Below, in pieces: positions 9,215 through 19,749 of a DNA stretch of 64,000 nucleotides (its first letter is position 1; each line of letters starts with the position of its first letter). The stretch is from a virus. The stretch covers positions 1 through 64,000 of IMG/VR virus record IMGVR_UViG_3300030110_004304. One strand, written 5' to 3'. Made by a program: the position numbers and the translations under genes. The notes beneath the pieces were generated by a model, which saw nothing but the letters and a program-made list of their open reading frames with translations, was not told where the DNA came from and made no database searches.

Positions 9215-10705
9215 ATGGCACAATTACTTCCATTACAGAGATATGAAGCTGTTGATTATAACGGTCTAGTTACCGATAATCACTTTCATGCTTTGTACCA
9301 ACAAAAGCCTGAGTTAATTAGTTCTGTAATCAGAGAGATCTACAAAACTAATTTACAAGGTAAATTAAGAGAGTTCGTTAACAGGTTCCCAGTAAAAGAA
9401 GTGGAACAAGAGAACGGATTTTATAACTGGATGTTGCAAGGGCAACACGATAAAAATCTTCCTTTAGTAGATGCTGAGACTATCGCGGGTAACGCTATCT
9501 CTGCTAACATCGGAGCTAATGGAGAAAGATTTAATCTTATTTTCGGAGATTCTATTTTCGATGAAGGAGATGTTCTTAAAGGAGAAACTGATGAGTATCA
9601 CTTATTAGTAAAGAAGGTATCAGATGCTGGTTCTTTAACTAAGGTTGAAGTAGAACTAGTTGCTGACAATCCTACTAAATCTGTTCCACCAGAAGAATTA
9701 GCTGAAGGAACAAGATGGTCTAAATTTTATAGCCTATCACCTTCTACATTATCTTACCAAGGTTCTAGTCCTTATTTCACTTCTCCTTGGAGAATGGAAA
9801 ACAGACCTTCTACTCTTAGAATGGAGTACAAAGTTCCTGGTAACGTAATTAACAAAGGTAAGAACGAACCATTAGAGTTCGGATTCCAATACAAAGGACA
9901 ATCAGAGTCTATCTGGATTAACTATCAAGATATGGTTGCTCACCACCAATGTGAAGAGATGTTCTCAAGAATGTTGATGTATGGTAAGAAAAACTGGACT
10001 AATGATCACAAGTACTTAAACAAAGACGACAAAACTAAATACTCTATCGAATCGGGTGCTGGTTTCTTTGAGCAAGTTGCTCCGTCTAACGTACACTACT
10101 ACAACTCATATGACATTGATTGGCATTTAGAAATGCTTCTTGATATGGGAGTTGGTAAAATTGAAAGAGGTAGAAGAACTATCCACTTGTTAACAGGTGA
10201 GTTTGGTGCTATCGAAATCTCTAAACAAATTCAAGCTAAGACGTCTGCTCTAGTACAAATTGTTTCTGATAAATTTATTACTGGAAACTCTAAAGCAGGA
10301 AACATTGGTGGTAAGAATACTAAGTCTTCTATGGAGCCTCAGTACAATATCTACGAATGGTACAATGGAGTTGTTATCAAAGTTGAGATCCTTGATTTCT
10401 TCGATGATGATGTATACTTCCCAAAAGTACATCCTGATGGAAAAGGTATCGTTGAATCTCACAGAATTTTAGCTCTTGACTACGGTGAAGAAGCAGGAAT
10501 CTACAGAGTTAAACCTAAAGGTGTTCCAGATTATAACTGGGCGTACATTCCAGGTATGAGAGATCCTTTCTCTCCTGCAGGAAAAGGTTCTCCGAAACTA
10601 GTAGCATCTCCTATTGATGGATATGAAGTTCATATGCAAAAATGGGGTGGCATGATGATTGAAGATCCTACAAAAGTTGTAGACTTAAGATTATCAGTAG
10701 ACTAA
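9215..10705 (+). CDS. Major capsid protein (crAss-like, HK97 fold)
   Basis: 496 aa; GLVTDNH, ESGAGFFEQ, LLTGEFG, YIPGMRDPFS, DGYEVH motifs; biased codon use suggesting high expression; followed by a hairpin. Confidence 0.9.
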   Translation: MAQLLPLQRYEAVDYNGLVTDNHFHALYQQKPELISSVIREIYKTNLQGKLREFVNRFPVKEVEQENGFYNWMLQGQHDKNLPLVDAETIAGNAISANIGANGERFNLIFGDSIFDEGDVLKGETDEYHLLVKKVSDAGSLTKVEVELVADNPTKSVPPEELAEGTRWSKFYSLSPSTLSYQGSSPYFTSPWRMENRPSTLRMEYKVPGNVINKGKNEPLEFGFQYKGQSESIWINYQDMVAHHQCEEMFSRMLMYGKKNWTNDHKYLNKDDKTKYSIESGAGFFEQVAPSNVHYYNSYDIDWHLEMLLDMGVGKIERGRRTIHLLTGEFGAIEISKQIQAKTSALVQIVSDKFITGNSKAGNIGGKNTKSSMEPQYNIYEWYNGVVIKVEILDFFDDDVYFPKVHPDGKGIVESHRILALDYGEEAGIYRVKPKGVPDYNWAYIPGMRDPFSPAGKGSPKLVASPIDGYEVHMQKWGGMMIEDPTKVVDLRLSVD

Positions 10706-10720
10706 TCATAAACTGTAAGA

Positions 10721-10745
10721 AGCCTCCCTCGGGAGAAGGGAGGCT
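10721..10745 (+). terminator. Stem-loop after MCP (terminator or mRNA-stabilising hairpin)
   Basis: AGCCTCCCT, 7-nt loop, AGGGAGGCT; no clear U-tract. Confidence 0.6.
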
Positions 10746-10770
10746 AATTACTTAATTAATAAATAAAAAA

Positions 10771-11715
10771 ATGGCAGCAACAAAAACAGCAAAAGCTGAA
10801 AAAGTATGGGGATCATACTTAAGAAATGAAATAGTAAGTGTAAAAGCAGTAGAATCATCTGGTAAATGGAGCACACTATTAGTAAAAGGACAGGACAAGA
10901 AAAAAGATCCTTTCTTATACAACAAAGTTAAAAGGAGTTACCAGGTTCCTCTTAACAACCAAAGAAGAGGTGGAGGAGTAAAAGTAATTTTAGACGACCA
11001 AGAGAGGCGTCATATTAAAAAGTATGCGAATAGTTTCCCAGAAGGAATGACGCAGAAAGAGTTCTTTGAAAAAGAATTAGGTACGGATTTAAATCCGAAC
11101 AAACCTGTAAATGAAGGAAACTTCTGGAGGGTTGATAGAAGAGGTAGAGTAACTATGACTAAAGAAGGATTAAGATTAGATCTTAGCCAACCAATAGACA
11201 TGTTAAAATATCTTATACTATTATCTAATAAGAAGCTAGTTTCTCCGTCTTATGATGAGAGATTACTAAAAGCTACTTATGAATTTATGATCGTTGATGA
11301 AGGCAAAGTAACTTCTAAGAAAGTTGAAGCAGCTGAAGTAAAAGCGAAAGCTTATACTAAATATGCTGAGATTACTTCTAACGAAAATAAGATGATAGGA
11401 TTCTTGAGATCTTTAGGAAGAACTATTCCTACTAAATATACTGCAGATTGGTTGAAGAGCGAAATTTTAGGAGTACTAGATGCTGATACATCTAAGTTCT
11501 TAGCTCTTGTAGAACATCCTCAATACGACAGTAGAATTTTTGTACAACGTGCAATTGACTGCGGAGGTATTAAGAAGATGAACAATCGCAGATACGTTTT
11601 AGATAACGGAATAGAATTAGGAGATTTAACAAGTACAATTGCGTACTTAGAAAATCCTGAAAACCAAGAAGTAAAAATGAGATTAACTACTCAAATTGAG
11701 TTAGCTAATAAATAA
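10771..11715 (+). CDS. Conserved crAss-like capsid-module protein
   Basis: Immediately after MCP; LDLSQPIDMLKY and ATYEFMIVDE segments; synteny. Confidence 0.7.
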   Translation: MAATKTAKAEKVWGSYLRNEIVSVKAVESSGKWSTLLVKGQDKKKDPFLYNKVKRSYQVPLNNQRRGGGVKVILDDQERRHIKKYANSFPEGMTQKEFFEKELGTDLNPNKPVNEGNFWRVDRRGRVTMTKEGLRLDLSQPIDMLKYLILLSNKKLVSPSYDERLLKATYEFMIVDEGKVTSKKVEAAEVKAKAYTKYAEITSNENKMIGFLRSLGRTIPTKYTADWLKSEILGVLDADTSKFLALVEHPQYDSRIFVQRAIDCGGIKKMNNRRYVLDNGIELGDLTSTIAYLENPENQEVKMRLTTQIELANK

Positions 11716-11724
11716 AAATAAAAG

Positions 11725-12483
11725 ATGACTGCAAACGAAATGGCCAATGAGCTAGAGTTAAGACTAGACCGAAGCGATAGTTTCGGATCCCCTGGGTACG
11801 AGGACTTTGATTTAACCTCCGTACTTACAGAAGGACAATGGCTATATATAAAAAAGTTTGCAAGTGAACTTAACAACAGGAAAAACCAAGGGTTTGAAGA
11901 AACCGAAGTAAGAAACCAGGGCTTGTCTGCTTTAATAAAAGCAGGCTTAGCTCTTTCAGCTTCTGCAAGCCAAGTAGGAGTTTTAGATAACGGTGTATTC
12001 TATGATCTTCCAGACGACTTTATGTATACTATATATGAAGAAGCAACGATTAATAAAAATGATTGTACACAAGAAGATGAAGTTCCCATTAAAGCTTGGA
12101 TAGATGTAGTTTCTCACGATGAAATTTGGCAATACATATATAATAAGTATAAGAAACCTTATTATAAATCATATGGGTGGGCCAGAGTTTGGAGACTCGT
12201 TTATGAAAGAGAAGTTTCTGGAGTTGATCCAGCATTACCTGCTACACCAAAGAGACACCAGTTAGTAACTGATGGAACTTTTAATGTAACAGATTATAGA
12301 ATTAACTATTTAAAAAACCCACCACAAATTGTTGTGGATAGATCGGGCGGAGGTGCAGAAAAAAATTGTATCTTAGACGAATCTACTCATACAGTGATAG
12401 TAGACATAGCTAAAGACCTAATGCTACAAAGAGTAAGGGAACAAAAAATACAAAACATAGAGCCTGTAAAGGACCTAGAATAA
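11725..12483 (+). CDS. Tail/neck ring protein
   Basis: MTANEM..E, PGYEDFDL, GFEETE, YLKNPP, CILDESTH..IV motifs; synteny with crAss ring proteins. Confidence 0.7.
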   Translation: MTANEMANELELRLDRSDSFGSPGYEDFDLTSVLTEGQWLYIKKFASELNNRKNQGFEETEVRNQGLSALIKAGLALSASASQVGVLDNGVFYDLPDDFMYTIYEEATINKNDCTQEDEVPIKAWIDVVSHDEIWQYIYNKYKKPYYKSYGWARVWRLVYEREVSGVDPALPATPKRHQLVTDGTFNVTDYRINYLKNPPQIVVDRSGGGAEKNCILDESTHTVIVDIAKDLMLQRVREQKIQNIEPVKDLE

Positions 12484-12520
12484 TAACAAAAACCAAAATT
12501 AATAACTAAAAACAAAAACA

Positions 12521-13789
12521 ATGCAACTAAGAAAACAAGATAACGTTACTTACGTTTCAATCGCAGACACAACTGCAACAGTTCCTACATCGAGTGGAGG
12601 AAGAACAGATGCTCCTGTGTCGCCATTAACTTTAGCAGCCGGTGGTGCAGCTATGGTAGATGAAGGAAATATTGGTATCTCAACTTTAGCAGCTTATGCA
12701 GCTCTAACAGATGATACTAGATTAAGAATTTGTCAGAATATCGCTGGCGAATTAGTATTCACAGCAGCTTTTACTAAATCAGCTATTACTGGTGTTAGTG
12801 TAAGACAATACTCAGCAGCTACACAGCAAATTACTGCTATCGGATTTAACGGTACTGCAGGTGATTTACCAGCTATTGCTGATGAAAGATTTTACATTAA
12901 AGTTCGTAAGAATGATAATGATGCTGCAAACAGAAGTCAACCAACAAGTATTTTTTCAGGACCTGTTTTAACTGTAGCTGGTACTCAAGAAGAGTTAGCT
13001 GAGCTATTAGTTTCTAGCGGAGTTATGAATATGGCAGATGCGCCAGGTGCTGGTTACTTAAAAATGGAAATGTTAAACAGTGCTGCTACTGGTACTGGCT
13101 CTGCTTGGGGTTCATTAGGTAATGCTACTGGAGACGCTACTTTTAGTAAAGGAAGCAAAACTGTTTCTATGACTGATACTCAAGATTTAAATGTTGGTGA
13201 TTATGTACGTTTAGCAGATGTTGCTGCTACAGAAGCTACAACTAATGCTTGCTACAGAATCGCTGCTATTCCTAGTGGTACTACTATTACTCTTGGAACT
13301 AAATTTGCAGGAGCAAGTGCTACTATAAGTGAAGATGACTTATTCTCAGTTGCTGCAGCATCTTTAGGTGGTAACTACGGTATCAAAGTTACAGGAATTA
13401 TGAATGATTTCGATGTTAACGCATTTAGAAATTACTATTCTAACAGATTTACTTGTTCTTTCTCAGACGCTGCTACAGCAGTAAGTCACTTACAAGGGGC
13501 TAAAGAAGGATCAGGTGTATGGCAAGAAGTTGCTATGGATGAATACATGTCAATGGGTAACCAAGGTGAAAACCAAATGTTATCTGTACCACCAAAAATG
13601 AGAACTCAATCAGTTGTTGTTGATGGTCAGTACGATGCTGTATCTATAGCGGTTTCAGAAGATATTCACGGCTTAACAAGTGCTAACACTGAAGATGCAA
13701 GAATCCTTCTTTATGTTGAAGACGGAGGTGGATCTCCTACTGGTTTAGGAATCGCAACTGCATTAGGTGTAAATGGTGATTTAAGTTAA
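12521..13789 (+). CDS. Auxiliary capsid (decoration) protein
   Basis: Ala/Gly/Thr-rich beta-type protein, MCP-like codon bias, followed by a strong terminator; synteny. Confidence 0.55.
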   Translation: MQLRKQDNVTYVSIADTTATVPTSSGGRTDAPVSPLTLAAGGAAMVDEGNIGISTLAAYAALTDDTRLRICQNIAGELVFTAAFTKSAITGVSVRQYSAATQQITAIGFNGTAGDLPAIADERFYIKVRKNDNDAANRSQPTSIFSGPVLTVAGTQEELAELLVSSGVMNMADAPGAGYLKMEMLNSAATGTGSAWGSLGNATGDATFSKGSKTVSMTDTQDLNVGDYVRLADVAATEATTNACYRIAAIPSGTTITLGTKFAGASATISEDDLFSVAAASLGGNYGIKVTGIMNDFDVNAFRNYYSNRFTCSFSDAATAVSHLQGAKEGSGVWQEVAMDEYMSMGNQGENQMLSVPPKMRTQSVVVDGQYDAVSIAVSEDIHGLTSANTEDARILLYVEDGGGSPTGLGIATALGVNGDLS

Positions 13790-13814
13790 GAGTTTTCTCT
13801 CTCCCTATAACCTC

Positions 13815-13865
13815 AGTAGCCTGTTGCACTATTTGCTGTCACAAAGCAGCAGGCTACTTTTTTTT
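13815..13865 (+). terminator. Rho-independent terminator
   Basis: AGTAGCCTGTTGC...GCAGCAGGCTACT stem followed by a T-tract. Confidence 0.85.
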
Positions 13866-13929
13866 AAAATAAAAACCTACTATAGCATCTTAGATGCGAT
13901 TTATGAAAATATATTAATAATTTACAAAT

Positions 13930-14346
13930 ATGGCCCGTGGTATAATTCTAGTTCTCATTGAGACCATCTTAAGGTGGCTTATAAAGCCTATAGCAATTGT
14001 ATACACAGGAATAAAATTATTAGTAGTTTGTAAAAACAGAAAATTATTTATAAGAGTTTTCAATAGATATTTAGTCAGGATAGCCTTGGCCCAGGACCAA
14101 GCTGACAATACCATGGTACGGTTTTTATTTAATGATTTATTATTAAAGAAAAACATCGACAGTTATAAGTTCGGAAACATGGATGAGAAAATATCTTCAG
14201 TACTAGGAAAAAACGAAAGACGAAAATCTTTAAACGGATTAGGTCGTTTCGTAAACGGCGTACTACATTCAATAGAAGAAGACCATTCTCTAAAAGCCAT
14301 AGATGAATCTGTAACTGATCAGAATTTGCCAAGTTATGAAGATTGA
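13930..14346 (+). CDS. Membrane-anchored conserved phage protein
   Basis: N-terminal TM; DQ..N, DEKISSVLG, DHSLKAI motif set often seen in phage proteins of unknown function. Confidence 0.65.
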   Translation: MARGIILVLIETILRWLIKPIAIVYTGIKLLVVCKNRKLFIRVFNRYLVRIALAQDQADNTMVRFLFNDLLLKKNIDSYKFGNMDEKISSVLGKNERRKSLNGLGRFVNGVLHSIEEDHSLKAIDESVTDQNLPSYED

Positions 14347-14851
14347 AGAATTAGGATATGACTCTTTAGACAGGCTTTCATCAAGCACCTTTCATCCAGA
14401 ATGTTACGGTTGCACAATAACCATAAGTATGATATTAGCTACGTTAGCAGGTTTTTTTGAAACCTATGTAGGAATAGAACCCGCTGTAGGAGCAGGTATA
14501 CTGTTACTATTTTGTATAGAAGTTATAACCGGGATAAAAGCATCCATAAAAGAGAATAAACCAGTAACCTCCAGAAGATTTTGGGGAGGATTTATTAAGC
14601 TAGGAATATATACAGTAATGATAGGAGCCTCTCATTTGCTAGCTAATGGGATTGAAATAAAAGATTTTATGGGAGTTTCCTTTAATATTTATGAATGGAT
14701 ACATTATTTCTTCTTAAACTTCACTATCTTGCAACTGTTTATTTCTAACATAGAAAACTTTAGAAGATTAGGATGGGGAGAATTTGTGCCAGTTATAAAT
14801 AAAATAGCTGAATTTCTAAAATTAGAAGATAAACCTAAAACTAAAAAGTAA
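14336..14851 (+). CDS. Holin-like protein (phage holin 4 / toxin secretion type)
   Basis: Several TM segments; EVITGIKAS...SRRFWGGFIK...SNIEN pattern; basic C-terminus. Confidence 0.65.
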   Translation: MKIEELGYDSLDRLSSSTFHPECYGCTITISMILATLAGFFETYVGIEPAVGAGILLLFCIEVITGIKASIKENKPVTSRRFWGGFIKLGIYTVMIGASHLLANGIEIKDFMGVSFNIYEWIHYFFLNFTILQLFISNIENFRRLGWGEFVPVINKIAEFLKLEDKPKTKK

Positions 14852-15444
14852 TGGCACTATTACCTAAACTAACAGTAAAATTAGGAAACACTTGTGACTC
14901 CATACAAATTTGTGAGAAGACTGATATCTATACAGTAACAACTAACGAAGGAGGATGGGGAGCACCTAATATAGATACTACAGATGTAGTTGAGGCAGAC
15001 GTGTTTGCCTTTGATCATACAGAATCTACACTATTAGAAGCTTATCCTATAAAGGACGCAGCTACAGCTTTAGATTTATATCCCAGTGCTACACCTCAAC
15101 CTTTTATAGCTATTGATGGAGCAGCATGGGGACAATCAGATGGAGTTTATTTATTCTACTATGAAGTACTAGATAGTCTAGGTACTGTACACAAATCAGA
15201 AAGACTAGATGTTTTATTTTGCTGTAACTTACAAAATTGTCTTTGGGGCATTGTAACAAAGATGGTTGAAGAATGTGATAAAGTAAAATTAGCTAAGTAT
15301 AAAGAAGTTGTAGATCAAATAGAAGTTCTATTATATGGAGCCAGAGCAGCATTTGACTGCGGTGATTATGCAAAAGCAGAGACGCTATTAGCGAATGGAT
15401 TAAAATTATGTGAAAATTATTGTGACCCTAGTTGTGGTTGCTAA
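14851..15444 (+). CDS. Tail hub/collar protein
   Basis: GGWG.PN and DGVY motifs, helical C-terminal half ending CDPSCGC; synteny. Confidence 0.5.
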   Translation: MALLPKLTVKLGNTCDSIQICEKTDIYTVTTNEGGWGAPNIDTTDVVEADVFAFDHTESTLLEAYPIKDAATALDLYPSATPQPFIAIDGAAWGQSDGVYLFYYEVLDSLGTVHKSERLDVLFCCNLQNCLWGIVTKMVEECDKVKLAKYKEVVDQIEVLLYGARAAFDCGDYAKAETLLANGLKLCENYCDPSCGC

Positions 15445-15459
15445 CTAAAAAAAAGAATT

Positions 15460-16431
15460 ATGGGATGTTCAGATTGTAACGATTGTCAAGGATTAGCAAA
15501 ATCATATCCTGCGGGACCACAAGGACCTCCAGGAGCCGATGGGGCACCGGGAGCACCAGGGGCACCAGGTACGCCGGGAGCAGACGGAGCTCCAGGAGCT
15601 GGGTACGATACTACATTTTGTGGGAGCGATCCAGGAGGCGAAGGATCAGGAATGGGATCAGGATTAAATAATTTCGGAATCTTAAGCAGTTATGATAGTA
15701 CTGTAGCAATAACAGGAAATTATGATTTATTTTTTAATTGTGAGTTATTGTTACTTGATACTCAAGCTTCAGGAGGAAATGCAGGAGAAGCTGGAATAGA
15801 GTTTTACAAAGACGATGGTACAGGACCTGTACCTATAGTAGGTTCTCTCAGAGAGTTTAAATATGATGATTGTTTTGCAGGAGATATTTGTACTTCTGAA
15901 ATACAATGGTCAGCTAACTTATTAGCTTGTACCGTAGAATTAAGCAAAGATGATGTTATAGGTGTAAGAGCTTGGGGAGTAAACGCTAATATTTTTAGAG
16001 GAACTGCTATGTATAAAATAAACTATACAGGTGGTGGTACTTTTAATATATTAAGTCCTAATAAAGATGGAAATTATGTTCCAGCACCAGGACCAAGTTG
16101 GGATGGCGGAAGCTTTACTAATGCTTCAGTACCGCCTCCAGCTAGAGTCACTACAGGAGACATTCAATTCTGGTTTGATAGAGTTACTTGTGCCTTGCCG
16201 ATGACTATAACATTATCACATGACGCAATAGCTTATCCTAATATTGTAGATGTTAATTTTGGAAATTCAGGAACAAACGTACTTGTAGCAGATTCAAACT
16301 GGTCTTTAGTAGCGGCTGATGGCCCTAGTGCACTACAAGTAGTTCAAGGACCAGAAACATTTGATTTTACAATAACTTATGAATCTTGTGGAACAACAAA
16401 GATTCAAACAGGACCTTTTGAAATAACTTAA
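15460..16431 (+). CDS. Collagen-like fibre protein
   Basis: GPQGPPGADGAPGAPGAPGTPGADGAPG (Gly-X-Y)n; Cys-rich N-terminus; beta-rich C-terminus. Confidence 0.7.
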   Translation: MGCSDCNDCQGLAKSYPAGPQGPPGADGAPGAPGAPGTPGADGAPGAGYDTTFCGSDPGGEGSGMGSGLNNFGILSSYDSTVAITGNYDLFFNCELLLLDTQASGGNAGEAGIEFYKDDGTGPVPIVGSLREFKYDDCFAGDICTSEIQWSANLLACTVELSKDDVIGVRAWGVNANIFRGTAMYKINYTGGGTFNILSPNKDGNYVPAPGPSWDGGSFTNASVPPPARVTTGDIQFWFDRVTCALPMTITLSHDAIAYPNIVDVNFGNSGTNVLVADSNWSLVAADGPSALQVVQGPETFDFTITYESCGTTKIQTGPFEIT

Positions 16432-16441
16432 AAAGAATAAA

Positions 16442-16711
16442 ATGGCAACATATAGTGAAGAAGATTGTTATCTATTAAGAGTTTGGAACCTCAACTGTAA
16501 ATACAGTAAATTGGCGATGAAATTCTCCAATAATATGGTTCTAGGTGCTTACTGTGAAAAACAATTAGATCACTTGAAAACATTTAGAAGAGCTTTAAAA
16601 TTATTAGAAGCGTATGATACTCGAGATATCTCTGGCGATACCACAGATTATAATGTAATAACATACACAACTATACAACAAATATTAAATACATTAACAA
16701 AAAAATACTAA
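16442..16711 (+). CDS. Small helical tail hub-like protein
   Basis: 89 aa in the fibre cluster; synteny only. Confidence 0.45.
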   Translation: MATYSEEDCYLLRVWNLNCKYSKLAMKFSNNMVLGAYCEKQLDHLKTFRRALKLLEAYDTRDISGDTTDYNVITYTTIQQILNTLTKKY

Positions 16712-16712
16712 A

Positions 16713-18929
16713 ATGTCAGGACAGAACCCAACATATCCAAAAACTTTTATATACAAAAGAGACGCCGTGCAAGTAGCTACGGAGAGTTCGAGTAAAATAG
16801 AAATTTTTAAAGATTTACGAGACGGAAAACTTTATTACTTAGATAGAAATAGAGTCCCAGTAGAAATTAGCACAGGAGGAGGCTCGGGGCCAGGAACAAA
16901 TACTAATATATCTAATGCTAATCTAACATTTGATGCTATTTGGCAATCAGATTTAGCGGGATTTGCTTGGGGAATAGTAGACTCTTTAGCAGTGACTAAT
17001 CCTTTTGCAATACAAGACAATTTAGATATTTTAGCTGGTACTGGGTACTCAGCAATTTCAATTGGTAGAGGAGACGGTTCTTGGTGGGACATTCCAGTAG
17101 GACTAGGCCAATTATCTGATAGAGGAATGTATATAGGAGGTAATGGTGGTGATAATGCTTATGAGTTCGCTCAATTCGATACTGCAATAGGTATCGGAGC
17201 TCTTGCTTTCTCAGGATCTATTGATTACGTTGGAGTAGTAACTAGTGCTAGTATTGTAGTGCAAGGAGCAGGATTTGCAGATGGACCATATACTGATGTA
17301 CCTGCTGTAGGAGGCTCTGGCTTAGGATTAACTGTAGATTTTAATGTGTTAGGTGGAGTTGTTCAACCACCAGTAACTATTAATCAACCAGGTTCTGGGT
17401 ATATAAATGGAGAAAATGTAGACATTGCAGGAGGAACAATAGCAGCAATATTATCTATTACAGCAAGTGTTTCAGAAAATAATAAAGAAAACACGGCAGT
17501 AGGATACGAGTGTTTAGCGAATTTTGGTTCGTCTCTTGAAGTGGTTGACCAAGAAGGGCAGAATACAGCAGTAGGATTTAGAGCTCTAAGCAGCCTAACG
17601 GGAAGTGATGGTGTTTATTTAGGATCTTTTAATGTAGCTCTAGGTGGCAGAGCCGGAGAAGGCTTAACTACTGGAGATACAAATACTATTATAGGACACA
17701 ATGCGGCTTTTGATGCAACTAATGCTTGGGGTAACACATTAATAGGTTTCGAAGTAGCAGTCGGTAATATGACTACTGCACTAACTGATGGATATTGGAA
17801 TATAGCAATTGGATACGGAAGTGATATAGGAACCTCAACATTTGAAACCACACTTATCGGTAACAATTCTTTTGCAGCTCCATCAACAAGTTATGCTGGA
17901 CCAGGTTTGGCTGATCCTAACTATACAGTAGCAATTGGTGATGGTAATGAAATAAACCAGTCTACGGACCCAAGTATTGGAAGCCAAAATACAGGTGTAG
18001 TTTGTGTGGGTATAGGAAACAACTTTACACAAATAGATTGTGGTGGTTTAGTAGCAGTAGGTAGTTTTATGGATATTCAAGAAAACATACCAACAGGTAC
18101 TGATGAAATATATACTACTGCAGTAGGACATAGAGTAGGAATCGTAGGATTCTGGAATGATGCTTTTGGATATGATGTACAAATGGGTGTTGGTGGAACA
18201 GAAAGTGCTTATAGTGTAGCTATAGGTAGAGGAGCTGCTTCTTTTGGAAACAGCAACGTTGTTCTAGGACAGACATCCGGAATAGGTACTGTAGGCCTTC
18301 CTAGTAACGAATGTATAGCAATAGGAAGAAGTGTAGTCGTAGGAAATGGGTTAACAGGTGCTATAGGAATAGGTAACGGAGCTAATCCTATCTCAAACAG
18401 TATAGCTATTGGATTTGGTGGTATTCAAGACATGTTATTAGTAGGAAAAACAGCCGGAGTTAATATAAACTCTGTTATTGAATTAGCAGGAGATCTTATT
18501 ATACAAGGTGATGGTTTCGGAGCTAATACGGAAATTGCGTTTGATTTTGCAACTACTATTTTTAGTGGACAAACACAAATTCAAGCAGAAACAGGAGCAA
18601 CTTTCACAGCTGCTAGCCCAATCACTATAGACTTTACTGGCGGAGATGCTCAGGAATTTACAATAGATGGTGGAGGAGCTATAGATGCAAACGTAGGAGC
18701 AGCTAGTTCTTTCGATAACATAGTAACAGGAACTTATATTTTTAAAATAACACAAGGAGCTGTACCTAGCACTATTAATTGGGGTAACTTTAGCTGTAAT
18801 ATTAAATGGCCTAATTCTTATGGAGGAGCACCTACATTAAGTGTAGGGTCTGGTGATATAGACATAATTACTTTCTACTCTGACGATGCCGGAGATCTTT
18901 ATGGAACAATAGCAAATAAATTTGTATAA
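16713..18929 (+). CDS. Tail fibre / receptor-binding protein with YadA-like head repeats
   Basis: Many NTAVG/NVALG/SIAIG repeats at roughly 14-aa spacing; GSGY insert; C-terminal WP...APTLS...DIITF domain. Confidence 0.75.
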   Translation: MSGQNPTYPKTFIYKRDAVQVATESSSKIEIFKDLRDGKLYYLDRNRVPVEISTGGGSGPGTNTNISNANLTFDAIWQSDLAGFAWGIVDSLAVTNPFAIQDNLDILAGTGYSAISIGRGDGSWWDIPVGLGQLSDRGMYIGGNGGDNAYEFAQFDTAIGIGALAFSGSIDYVGVVTSASIVVQGAGFADGPYTDVPAVGGSGLGLTVDFNVLGGVVQPPVTINQPGSGYINGENVDIAGGTIAAILSITASVSENNKENTAVGYECLANFGSSLEVVDQEGQNTAVGFRALSSLTGSDGVYLGSFNVALGGRAGEGLTTGDTNTIIGHNAAFDATNAWGNTLIGFEVAVGNMTTALTDGYWNIAIGYGSDIGTSTFETTLIGNNSFAAPSTSYAGPGLADPNYTVAIGDGNEINQSTDPSIGSQNTGVVCVGIGNNFTQIDCGGLVAVGSFMDIQENIPTGTDEIYTTAVGHRVGIVGFWNDAFGYDVQMGVGGTESAYSVAIGRGAASFGNSNVVLGQTSGIGTVGLPSNECIAIGRSVVVGNGLTGAIGIGNGANPISNSIAIGFGGIQDMLLVGKTAGVNINSVIELAGDLIIQGDGFGANTEIAFDFATTIFSGQTQIQAETGATFTAASPITIDFTGGDAQEFTIDGGGAIDANVGAASSFDNIVTGTYIFKITQGAVPSTINWGNFSCNIKWPNSYGGAPTLSVGSGDIDIITFYSDDAGDLYGTIANKFV

Positions 18930-18944
18930 TAAAAAACTAAAAAA

Positions 18945-19748
18945 ATGACTATAGCATATCCAATAACCTTTAACCAGAATCCAGATTCTGAAAGCCCTTA
19001 TCCGCTTTCTGATTTGGTATCTGATTTTGATCCCAGTGCAGGCTGCTATAGTGATGCTGGCTTTACTTTATGTGAGGACGCAGATCCTTTACAAGAGTGG
19101 CACGAACAAAGTCTATCAAGTATTAAGGGAGATCAAACAGATGCATCTGCTCAACCAGTTTGGTACGAGTCTGATGTTGCAAGAAATAGTAAGCCTTATG
19201 TAGACTTTGATGGTTCAGATTGGGTAGAAATATTAGGAACTTTAAATTATAGAGACGATAATATGACTATATACCTTGTTATGGATCCTGATTGGGGTAG
19301 TATTGGTTCTTTTGATACTTTTATACAAAAAGGCACTGATTTCGACTGGGACGACGGTTGGGTAGGATATTTTTCAAGTGGTGGATCAGATATTAATTCT
19401 AATGTTAATACCTGGTCTGATAACGCTGTTACTAATGCTGATGCGGGAGGCCCGGCAGCTATAGCATTCGGAATTAGGTTTAAAACTGATGCAACAGTTT
19501 ATAGAAATGGAAACCAAGTAGATAGTAATCCAGAAGAAACTGATAGTAGTTTTGTTGATTTCCCTGGTACAGACGCTCCTCTTACAAAAGCTTTAATAGG
19601 AACTACTTATGACTCCGATCCTACAGATCCGTCTTCTTCATTTGGATATACTGGAAAAATATTTAGAATATTAATATATTCAGAATATCATGATACTACT
19701 ACTTTTGATCAAGTACTAACAGATTTACAAACAGAATATAATATTTAA
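18945..19748 (+). CDS. LamG/concanavalin-like virion protein
   Basis: W..Q...Q....QP..FDGSD...GKIFRILIY pattern. Confidence 0.6.
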   Translation: MTIAYPITFNQNPDSESPYPLSDLVSDFDPSAGCYSDAGFTLCEDADPLQEWHEQSLSSIKGDQTDASAQPVWYESDVARNSKPYVDFDGSDWVEILGTLNYRDDNMTIYLVMDPDWGSIGSFDTFIQKGTDFDWDDGWVGYFSSGGSDINSNVNTWSDNAVTNADAGGPAAIAFGIRFKTDATVYRNGNQVDSNPEETDSSFVDFPGTDAPLTKALIGTTYDSDPTDPSSSFGYTGKIFRILIYSEYHDTTTFDQVLTDLQTEYNI

Positions 19749-19749
19749 A

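Noticed and set aside
3227-10705. Introns or inteins in TerL, portal or MCP
   Set aside because: The ORFs are continuous with ordinary lengths; I saw no intein splice or homing-endonuclease motifs.
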